A stretch of 45,459 nt of DNA from a virus (taxonomy: Duplodnaviria; Caudoviricetes). Where the stretch lies: positions 1 to 45,459 of IMG/VR virus record IMGVR_UViG_3300016667_001153; one strand, written 5' to 3'. The notes under the pieces are model-generated. The model was not told the DNA's origin, did no database searches, and worked only from the letters and a program-made list of their open reading frames with translations. The stretch's first letter is position 1, and the number at the start of each line of letters is the position of its first letter. The translations under genes and the position numbers were made by a program. Below, piece after piece: positions 1 to 7,519 of the stretch.

Positions 1-168
1 GGTGCCTCCTTCCTCCTGTTCTCGACGTTCCACCCATCTGCAGTCCTCCGTGACCCGGACAAGATCCACGCAGTGAACGACCACATGTCCATCGTCCGTG
101 CGCACCTGTCCGGAAACGTACCGTCGTCCAGCGGCCCGACGATCGTGCCGCCCGCCTACTCGTTCTGA
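1..168 (+). CDS. 3' end of a uracil-DNA glycosylase (family 4-like), truncated by the window edge
   Basis: Frame 1 reads GASFLLFSTFHPSAVLRDPDKIHAVNDHMSIVRAHL...YSF* (TGA 166-168); TFHPSAVLR matches the UDG motif B pattern (T-Y/F-HP-x-x-L-L-R). Not in the ORF track. Confidence 0.7.
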   Translation, partial: GASFLLFSTFHPSAVLRDPDKIHAVNDHMSIVRAHLSGNVPSSSGPTIVPPAYSF

Positions 169-188
169 CCACAAAGAAGGGAACAACC

Positions 189-401
189 ATGTCCGTTGAC
201 AAGATGATCAAGGAAAACAACGAATTCGTCTCACGCATTAACGAATACTACGTCAACTGCTACACGCTCAACAACGATCGCCTCGCCGACATGGCCGCGC
301 ACGGCATCAGCCTGCGCAAGCAGCTCATCGAAGCCATCAAGCGCATCAGCGAACTGACCGCCGCCCTCGAGGCCGCCACCAACAAGGAGACCCAGCCGTG
401 A
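189..401 (+). CDS. hypothetical protein with C-terminal coiled coil (70 aa)
   Basis: RBS AAGAAGG upstream; stop overlaps next start (GTGA). Confidence 0.75.
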   Translation: MSVDKMIKENNEFVSRINEYYVNCYTLNNDRLADMAAHGISLRKQLIEAIKRISELTAALEAATNKETQP

Positions 402-1012
402 CCATCGCCACCCGCACCCGTCCCTTCACCGACCCGCACCCCATCCCCACCATCCAACTGGACGCACTCGTCCGGCGCGAGACCTTCCTCACCGAGCGCA
501 AGGAACGCATCGCCCAGCTGGTCAAGGACAGCGACTCCGAAGGCGACGAGTTCTACTGGACCATGATCTACGACCTGGACGAAGCGCCCACCACCACGGG
601 CCGGGCCCAGCTCCTGGTCCACGGCATCGTCCCCGTTCCACCGCAGGACCTGGCGAGGGGGTGTGATCTGCACGACGAACTGTGGACCGTGATCGAGGCG
701 CTTGCCCGCGAGTCCATCCTCCTCCTCAACACGGACCACCTGTCCGACGCCGACCTCTACGCCCGCCTGTACTACCGCATCCTCGACGAGCCGTGCCGCC
801 AGATGCCGCCGTCCTCCATGGCCGTCGAGTACATCGACTGCCTGCACCCGATGGACCGTGACTACCCGCTCGGCAAGGCGTTCGTCGAGCGTGGCATCGT
901 CAGCCCCACCGGCCCATCGGGCGACAAGTACGAACAGCGTGGTCCCATCTGCTCGTACACGGGCTCGCTCGTCGACCGTGACCGCTGGCTCCCCAAGTGC
1001 CAGCTCACCTGA
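398..1012 (+). CDS. hypothetical protein (204 aa)
   Basis: RBS AAGGAG before GTG; coding-like GC3 bias. The NTDHLSDADLY block resembles a conserved hypothetical family I recall from Planctomycetes (unverified). Confidence 0.8.
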   Translation: MTIATRTRPFTDPHPIPTIQLDALVRRETFLTERKERIAQLVKDSDSEGDEFYWTMIYDLDEAPTTTGRAQLLVHGIVPVPPQDLARGCDLHDELWTVIEALARESILLLNTDHLSDADLYARLYYRILDEPCRQMPPSSMAVEYIDCLHPMDRDYPLGKAFVERGIVSPTGPSGDKYEQRGPICSYTGSLVDRDRWLPKCQLT

Positions 1013-1320
1013 ACCACAAGGACCGGGCAGGTAGGCCAATGCCCTGGTCCCCAGTGGATGTGTTCCGTAGATCCGCCGGCCGTACACCGGCGGGAAGGAA
1101 CGCACCGGTATCCCCCAGCCATCCGACCTCCTCTGAGCACAGCACGCCTCTGACTCCCTGCCGTGATATCCGCGCACAGTCACGCATACTCGCTCGTCAC
1201 CACGATAAGGCTCTGGCTGGTGGGTTACCTTACCCGCACACACGAATCCTTTCTGCCCAGCGGGGGGCGGGCCCAACACGACGGGACCCCGCCCCCCGCA
1301 TGGTATTAAACGGAGGCACC

Positions 1321-3225
1321 ATGATCATCTCGCTCGACATCGAGACCTACGGCGCGTTCGAGAAGTGCATGCCGAACGGCTCGGCAAACCAGCAGCAGAC
1401 CGTCTACAACCCGTCGCTCTCGATTGCCGTCGACGGCGTGTCGCGGCTTTCGTGCAGGCTGGTGCAGCAGGTTGCCATCACCAACGTCAATGGGAACCCA
1501 TCTGATCCGTGCACCTGGGAACCGGGCAAGACGATGGTGTTCGACCCGTGCAATACGGACCACCTCGCGATGATCACCAAGCACCTCGCCGACGCCCGCG
1601 TGCTGGTGGGATCCAACATCGCATTCGACATCATGTACCTCCGCAAGTTCCCCTCGTTCCGCGCGAACCTGGACCGCACAAAGATCCTCGTCGACACGAT
1701 CATCCTCTCGTGGATCCACTCCGGCCCACGCAAGGAGCGATCGCTCAAGGCCCTGGGTCCGGCGCTCGGAGCATTCAGCTACGAACGCACGATCAAGGAC
1801 GGCAAGTTCCAGTTCCCGCTTTCCGCGGACGCAATCCAGTACAACGCGGAGGACACGCACAATGCCGTGCTTGCGGCATCGACTCTTGCGCGCAGGATCC
1901 GCGACGAGAACGGCCAGCAGTTCTCCGAATCGCACATGAAGACGCATTCGGAAAGGCTCTGGAACGTGATCGACATCTCGACGAACGGACAGCATTTCCG
2001 AAACGACGAGATCACGAGCGACCTTTCCGACATCGCGGACTTCATCCAGACCAACGAAGAGGACCTTGCCAAGAAGGGCATCATCCTTTCCGGAGACGGC
2101 GCGCGTGAATCGCAATCGTCGTTCATGTCCAGGTGCGTCGAGGAATGCGAGCGCATCATGCCTGACCTGATGGACTCCGGCCTGATCGAGTTCACCGACA
2201 AGCGCCGCTCGATACGCAACAACGCCGAGAACCGCAACGTCATGCAGGCAATACTGTCGCAGCACATGAAGGGCGACGAGAAGAGGATCTCATTGGTGAG
2301 TTGCCTCCGCATGCTTGGTCTTGACGGAGAGGCCCGTTCGCTGGAGTCGAACTACCTGAAGATCACCTCAACGCATTCAGTCAAGGGCAACGAGCGCGTG
2401 CCCAGCAATTGCTATGTAGAGGACGGGGTCATACACTGCCACCCCTCCTGGTATGCGGCACCAACCGACGAAGGCGGAGTGCAGTCCCTGCGCCTGTCGT
2501 GCCGCCGGCCTGCGGCGCAGACCTGGAGTCCGGACATGAGGCACATGATGACGGACCGAGACGGCATGCGGAACATCCGGCACCTCGACATGGCGGCTTT
2601 CGAGCTCCGCATCGCCGCCGCGCTTTCGGGCGACACGGACATGCAGGAGTTCGCGTTCCAGAAGGACCCGTATTCCGCGCTTGCCGGCAACCGCGCCGCC
2701 GCCAAGGTCGCCCTGCTGGTGGGGATCAACGGCGGATCGCCATTCAAGGCATGGCGCACGGCCATGGCATCGACCGGCGAGTATCTCACGCTGCCGGAAG
2801 TGAAGTCGCTGCCCGTGTTCTCTGGCCGATGGACTCGTTTCAGGGAGTGGCAGGAGTCCTGCCTTCGCATAGCCCAACGCGGCCAGCTTCGGATCCCCGA
2901 CGCCGGAATCGCGCTTTCCTGGAACCCCGACAAGACGCTGCATGACGCCGTGTCGTTCATGATCCAGGGCACCGCGGCCCTGTTCATGAGCCGACTGCAG
3001 GGAGTGATGTCCCGCGAGGTCCCCGAAGCAGAGGTGGTCCTGCAGACCCACGACGAACTGTCGGTGTGCTGGCGGGCGGAAGATTCCCTGCTCGACCAGG
3101 CAATGGTCATGGCGATCAACCAGATCGCATGTGACATGTTCCCCAATTTGACGGGAAGATTCACCTATCGGATGCACGGGGGTTACGATCCCGCCAATGC
3201 AAAGGGAGTACCTCATCCTTGTTGA
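1321..3225 (+). CDS. polA: DNA polymerase family A with 3'-5' exonuclease, divergent (634 aa)
   Basis: RBS CGGAGG before ATG 1321. ExoI LDIETYG, ExoII GSNIAFDIMYL, ExoIII YNAED; motif A LDMAAFELR, motif B RAAAKVALLVGINGG, IQGTAA, motif C QTHDEL. Confidence 0.92.
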   Translation: MIISLDIETYGAFEKCMPNGSANQQQTVYNPSLSIAVDGVSRLSCRLVQQVAITNVNGNPSDPCTWEPGKTMVFDPCNTDHLAMITKHLADARVLVGSNIAFDIMYLRKFPSFRANLDRTKILVDTIILSWIHSGPRKERSLKALGPALGAFSYERTIKDGKFQFPLSADAIQYNAEDTHNAVLAASTLARRIRDENGQQFSESHMKTHSERLWNVIDISTNGQHFRNDEITSDLSDIADFIQTNEEDLAKKGIILSGDGARESQSSFMSRCVEECERIMPDLMDSGLIEFTDKRRSIRNNAENRNVMQAILSQHMKGDEKRISLVSCLRMLGLDGEARSLESNYLKITSTHSVKGNERVPSNCYVEDGVIHCHPSWYAAPTDEGGVQSLRLSCRRPAAQTWSPDMRHMMTDRDGMRNIRHLDMAAFELRIAAALSGDTDMQEFAFQKDPYSALAGNRAAAKVALLVGINGGSPFKAWRTAMASTGEYLTLPEVKSLPVFSGRWTRFREWQESCLRIAQRGQLRIPDAGIALSWNPDKTLHDAVSFMIQGTAALFMSRLQGVMSREVPEAEVVLQTHDELSVCWRAEDSLLDQAMVMAINQIACDMFPNLTGRFTYRMHGGYDPANAKGVPHPC

Positions 3226-3706
3226 CGAACGGGAGAAGAAACCCCTCTCCTTTCCCGAGCACATCGTCTGCCTCGATGACGTCAAGGACCCCACCAGCCA
3301 GCGGGGGATCACGGTCAGGATCCGTACGCAGAAGCGCACCATCAAGACAGGCGACTACTGCATTGATGGGCACGCCTCCGTGGTCGAGCGCAAGGGGTCC
3401 ATCGACGAGATTGCCCAGAATCTCCTGACGACGGATGGCAGGAGACGGTTCACCGAATGCTGCAAGCGGCTCCGGGACGAGACCTCCAACCCATTGCTCA
3501 TGCTGGAGGGGCTGGTGGGGATGCCCCAGGTCAAGCCGGGAAAGCCCCATCCGGGTCTTGCGATAGACGCTCTTATGCGTATCCTGAACGAGCACCGGAT
3601 CCACCTCATCGTGCTGCCGACCGGAACGTCCGGACAAAGAAGGGCAGCAGCAGAATGGGTTGCGAGATGGTTGATCACCAGGACGCAAGACGATGCCCAA
3701 CCTTGA
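3197..3706 (+). CDS. ERCC4/XPF-family endonuclease
   Basis: ILVDERE, GDY and VERKGSIDE give the VDxRE / GD / ERKxxxD signature; overlaps the polA end by 29 nt. Confidence 0.88.
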   Translation: MQREYLILVDEREKKPLSFPEHIVCLDDVKDPTSQRGITVRIRTQKRTIKTGDYCIDGHASVVERKGSIDEIAQNLLTTDGRRRFTECCKRLRDETSNPLLMLEGLVGMPQVKPGKPHPGLAIDALMRILNEHRIHLIVLPTGTSGQRRAAAEWVARWLITRTQDDAQP

Positions 3707-4445
3707 ATTCTTCCAGCACACGCTTGTCGGCACCAATCCAGCCATGGGCGTTGCACTGACGCAGATCGGATCTCCGCTCTTCGTGCTCAACAAGGACGCG
3801 ACCGCCGTGCAGGGCGCGACCATGGGAATCGGGTCGACCCCCGACATCTACCGCATCCTGGACGGCACCGGCACGAACTCCACCAACTCGATCCCCGTCG
3901 TCGTGCCGGACGCGTACTCGTACCTGCAGCTCTACCTGCTGTTCATCTCGAAGGGCGCCACGCGCGTGGTGTCGGGAAGCCCCACCGGCACCCTGACCAT
4001 CAACGTCAACGGTCGTCTGCGCGAGACCAACAAGGTGCAGCGCAAGCATCCGTGCGACGTGTTCCCCGCGCTGCCCGACGTCTCGTACTGCAACAACAAC
4101 TTCGGTTACTGGGCGCAGCTCGGCGTCGTGCCGGCGAACGGAAGCGGCATCTCGCGGGCGTGGACCGCAAGCAGCCTGCTCGGAACCGGCGTCGCGCTGA
4201 CAAGCTCCGTCACGAATTGGACCAACGTGGTCGGGCCGGACACGTACAACTACTACCTCGTGTCCCTCAACTCGGTCTCCGGAACCACCAACCAGGCCCA
4301 GCCCTACGACGTCAAGGGCTACGACCGCGTGATGGTTATGGTCACGGGCACGGGAATCACGACGTCCGGCGCGGCCGCCCCGTACACCGGCGGCAGCACG
4401 CCCGGCACCGATTCGTGGGCACTGATCTGCGGCTCGTTCCAGTGA
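3693..4445 (+). CDS. Ser/Thr/Gly-rich unknown protein, paralog 1 (250 aa)
   Basis: Clean ORF with beta-rich composition; homologous to the next gene over its full length. Confidence 0.8.
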   Translation: MPNLEFFQHTLVGTNPAMGVALTQIGSPLFVLNKDATAVQGATMGIGSTPDIYRILDGTGTNSTNSIPVVVPDAYSYLQLYLLFISKGATRVVSGSPTGTLTINVNGRLRETNKVQRKHPCDVFPALPDVSYCNNNFGYWAQLGVVPANGSGISRAWTASSLLGTGVALTSSVTNWTNVVGPDTYNYYLVSLNSVSGTTNQAQPYDVKGYDRVMVMVTGTGITTSGAAAPYTGGSTPGTDSWALICGSFQ

Positions 4446-4451
4446 GAGACG

Positions 4452-5258
4452 ATGCCGAACCTCGAGACATTCATCCACACGCTCACGGGAACGGACCCGG
4501 CAAACGGCAGCGCCTCGGCGCAGATTGCCGGTCCGTTCTTCGTGATGAACACGAATGCGCTCGCAACGCAGACGGCCAACGGGATGGGCGTCACGAACCT
4601 GCCCAACCTGTCGTCGATCCTTGACGGAAGCGCGACGAACGCAACCACCTCGATCCCAATCGTGGTGCCCGACAACTGCTACTGGCTTCAGGTCTTCGTG
4701 ATGCTGATACTGAAGAACTCCCAGTACAGCAGCGGCACGGGATCCCTCACCATGCATCCCTACGGACGCGTGCGTGCGAACAACATCCCACAGCAGTCCG
4801 CATACCCGCAGAGCATCATCCCGGGACTTCCGGACATCGTGCTCGGCAGGAACCTGACGGACCCGACCAAGGCGTTCGGGCACTGGACGAAGCTCGGGTG
4901 CATCCCGGCAAACGGATCATCCACGTTCAACCTTTCCGAACTGCTGCACGGCACGGCAACGGCAAGTGCACCATACCTGTTTGGCGCGCTGGCCGCGCAG
5001 CCGAACAACTTCTGCTCTATCTCGAACTGGTCGCACACCACGCCGGACACCAACGTCTGGCGTTTCTACCTGTCGAACTGGTCCGCGATGACGGCATCCG
5101 GAAACCCGTCTTCCGCACAGCCATTCGACATCAAGGGATACGACCGGGTTCTCATCAACGTCACCAGCCCGACGACGCCGTCGTTCACGACGACGGCCAC
5201 CGGCGAAGGCGACACCACGGTCTCCACCAATTTCCTCATACTTGGCCACTTCTATTGA
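4452..5258 (+). CDS. Ser/Thr/Gly-rich unknown protein, paralog 2 (268 aa)
   Basis: Shares MPNLExFxHTLxGTxPA, ILDG, SIPxVVPD, LPD, FGxWxxLGxxPANGS and PxDxKGYDRV with the upstream gene. Confidence 0.8.
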   Translation: MPNLETFIHTLTGTDPANGSASAQIAGPFFVMNTNALATQTANGMGVTNLPNLSSILDGSATNATTSIPIVVPDNCYWLQVFVMLILKNSQYSSGTGSLTMHPYGRVRANNIPQQSAYPQSIIPGLPDIVLGRNLTDPTKAFGHWTKLGCIPANGSSTFNLSELLHGTATASAPYLFGALAAQPNNFCSISNWSHTTPDTNVWRFYLSNWSAMTASGNPSSAQPFDIKGYDRVLINVTSPTTPSFTTTATGEGDTTVSTNFLILGHFY

Positions 5259-5488
5259 TGAGCAACGAAGAGATGACCTTGGAACAGAACAACGTCGTGA
5301 AGCTTTCGGCAGGCAACTGGATTGCCATCGTGGCGATTGCCGTGACCGTGCTGGGCCTCCTGATTCCCGCCTACCTGAACCACGACCGGTTGCTCATGCA
5401 AGTCGTTGCCAACCAGGACAACATCAGCCGCCGGCTCGACAAGATCGAGAACCGCCTTGAAGCTGCTGCTCCTCATCCTGGTCGCTGA
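5258..5488 (+). CDS. small membrane protein, holin-like (76 aa)
   Basis: ATG coupled to the upstream stop (TGATG). One TM helix (WIAIVAIAVTVLGLLIPAYL), then a coiled coil (ISRRLDKIENRL). Confidence 0.6.
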   Translation: MSNEEMTLEQNNVVKLSAGNWIAIVAIAVTVLGLLIPAYLNHDRLLMQVVANQDNISRRLDKIENRLEAAAPHPGR

Positions 5489-5945
5489 CCTGTGGCTGGT
5501 GGGGTGCAGCCCGACAGCCCGGGTCGCCCAGAACTCAACCCTCATCCAGGCCGAAGCCCAGGCCCTGATTGACCGAGGGCAGCAAACGGGGGACGACGAG
5601 GTGGTCAAGCATGCAGACCGCATTTACAGCCTCGCTGCTGATATCCATGGTCAGCTACCTTATCTGGAGGACCGAGTGCCAGCGTGGCTCACGACCCTCT
5701 GGTGGGTCGCAGCCGCAGCCGTCGTCGTCGGCATCTGCGTCATCCTCTGGCAGACCGGCCTTGGCACAGCCATCCGGGTCGCCATCGGCTGGATCCCGCG
5801 GAAGAAGGTTGCTGACGCCGACCTCGCTGCGGGAATGCTCGACCCTGACAAGCCTGAGGATGCGCGGGAGTATGTCGCCGCGCGACGCGCATCCGACCCC
5901 GAGTTCGACGCAGCGTGGCGACGCATTCACAAGGAGAAGCAATGA
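5457..5945 (+). CDS. lipoprotein with internal TM helix, unimolecular-spanin-like topology (162 aa)
   Basis: TTG at 5457 gives MKLLLLILVADLWLVG|CS (lipobox LVGC); second hydrophobic segment WWVAAAAVVVGICVILW. Confidence 0.6.
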   Translation: MKLLLLILVADLWLVGCSPTARVAQNSTLIQAEAQALIDRGQQTGDDEVVKHADRIYSLAADIHGQLPYLEDRVPAWLTTLWWVAAAAVVVGICVILWQTGLGTAIRVAIGWIPRKKVADADLAAGMLDPDKPEDAREYVAARRASDPEFDAAWRRIHKEKQ

Positions 5946-6061
5946 ATACCTTGGCTGACATCAGCTCGTTCCTCGGTAGCCTGTGGTTTGCAAGCCTGCT
6001 TGGAGTGGTCGGCTTCGTGGCCGGCTGGTTCCTCTGCAAGAAGCACGGCGCAAAGTTCTGA
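5942..6061 (+). CDS. small single-TM membrane protein (39 aa)
   Basis: MNTLADISSFLGSLWFASLLGVVGFVAGWFLCKKHGAKF; RBS AAGGAG; coupled to both neighbours (ATGA, TGATG). Not in the ORF track. Confidence 0.75.
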   Translation: MNTLADISSFLGSLWFASLLGVVGFVAGWFLCKKHGAKF

Positions 6062-6978
6062 TGGCAAACGTCCCCTTCAAGGTGAGGGCAGCGTCGAGGA
6101 ACATACACCTCGTCGATCTCGATGGCACCTCGAAGACGGACGAGTGGTGGTTCCTCCTGTCCGGGGACCGCCACCACGACAACCCACACGCAGACCATGC
6201 GCTCGAACTCAAGCACCTCGAAGAAGCGAAGGAAAGGCGCGCCGGCATCATCGACGTCGGCGACCTCCATTGCGCGATGGAAGGCAAGTTCGATCCTCGC
6301 CGCAACAAGAGCGGCATTCGAGAAGAGCATGCAATGGCTGCGGACTATCTCGATTCCCTAGTCCGTCACGCCGCCAACTTCTACGCGCCCTACTCCGAGA
6401 ACTTCGTGATCATCGGTCGTGGCAACCATGAGACCGCGATCCTGAAGAACTGCGAGACGGATCTGACCGAGCGCACCTGCGAACGCATGTCGCAGATCAG
6501 CGGGCACAAGGTCCATGCCGGAGGCTACGGCGGGTGGGTCCGCTTCAACTTCACGTTCTGCGAGACCGAGCGGTACACGCTGTCCCTCAAGTACTTCCAC
6601 GGCGCAGGCGGCGCTGCCCTCATGTCCTTCGACACGCTGAAGGTCCGGCGCAACGCAGCCGTCATGCCAGACGCGGACGTCATCGTCCAGGGCCACGTGC
6701 ACAAGCAGTGGTTCATGCCGCTGTCCCGCGAGCGGCTGGTCTGTGACAGGCACGGTTGCCGCGTGGTCAGCGACATCCAGTTCCACGTCCGCACCGGAAC
6801 CTACAAAGACGAGTTTGGTGACGGCCACATGGGCTGGCACATCGAGCAGGGCCGTGGACCCGAAGTGCAGGGCGCAGTCTGGATGCGCCTGTTCCTCGCC
6901 AAGAAGACAGGCCGCACGACCAGCGGCGAGCCGAAGACCTACTACCAGCTCACGCCCGAGTTCCACCTCGCGCACTGA
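6061..6978 (+). CDS. calcineurin-like metallophosphoesterase (305 aa)
   Basis: All five motifs are present: GDRH, GDLH, GNHE, FHG, GHVH. Confidence 0.9.
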   Translation: MANVPFKVRAASRNIHLVDLDGTSKTDEWWFLLSGDRHHDNPHADHALELKHLEEAKERRAGIIDVGDLHCAMEGKFDPRRNKSGIREEHAMAADYLDSLVRHAANFYAPYSENFVIIGRGNHETAILKNCETDLTERTCERMSQISGHKVHAGGYGGWVRFNFTFCETERYTLSLKYFHGAGGAALMSFDTLKVRRNAAVMPDADVIVQGHVHKQWFMPLSRERLVCDRHGCRVVSDIQFHVRTGTYKDEFGDGHMGWHIEQGRGPEVQGAVWMRLFLAKKTGRTTSGEPKTYYQLTPEFHLAH

Positions 6979-6990
6979 ACCCCACCAGCC

Positions 6991-7263
6991 ATGGCCAAGG
7001 GTGATCGCATCCTCCGCATCCGTGGCCAACGCTGGCGACTGCGGTTCGTGACGAACCTCGGTGACAACCGGGGCATCTGCGACAAGCCCAACCGGATCAT
7101 CCGCATCCTGTCCTCCCAGGACGGCCAGATGGAGATGGACACCATCATCCACGAGATGCTGCACGCTGCGCTCTGGGACCTGGACGAAGAGGCCGTGCAC
7201 GACACCGCCAACGCCATTGCCGAAGCCCTCTGGCGGGTGGGGTATCGGCGACCTGGAACTTAA
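6991..7263 (+). CDS. small HExxH zincin-like protein (90 aa)
   Basis: GICD...IRI...TIIHEMLHA...EEAV pattern. Confidence 0.75.
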   Translation: MAKGDRILRIRGQRWRLRFVTNLGDNRGICDKPNRIIRILSSQDGQMEMDTIIHEMLHAALWDLDEEAVHDTANAIAEALWRVGYRRPGT

Positions 7264-7393
7264 ACTTCCAACAGTAAGAAACACTTACCACTTTCCCTTT
7301 CCGCTTACGAAGCGACCGTTGCGTACCGAAACGCTTACGGCTGGAGCGGAAAGACAACACTTCTGCACATCTGTAGCGACTTCGATCCACCAG

Positions 7394-7426
7394 TGAAGCA
7401 TGTGCTTCATCGGGCTGGATTAGAAT
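7394..7426 (+). promoter_or_regulatory. palindromic operator-like site next to a possible -10 box
   Basis: TGAAGCA-TG-TGCTTCA (7394-7409) and TAGAAT (7421-7426) upstream of the recombination module. Confidence 0.35.
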
Positions 7427-7519
7427 CCACACACCGGATCCCAAGCATCCATGCGCGTCGCGCGTGGCGGGGCGCTTCGTGCCCCCGCCACGCGGACGTA
7501 CACACCTCAAGGAGAGAAC

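Noticed and set aside
997-1320. 108-aa N-terminal extension of PolA in the ORF track
   Set aside because: No RBS, Pro/Arg-rich, crosses hairpins; ATG 1321 has GGAGG and starts right at the ExoI strand.
3199-3207. A_AAG_GGA slippery-like heptamer in the polA/ERCC4 overlap suggesting a fusion
   Set aside because: A -1 shift leads to the third frame, not the ERCC4 frame (which is +1).
1321-7263. Modified-base (Z-genome or similar) system built on PolA plus a phosphoesterase
   Set aside because: No purZ, datZ, mazZ, queuosine-pathway or thymidylate-synthase-like genes recognised in the window.
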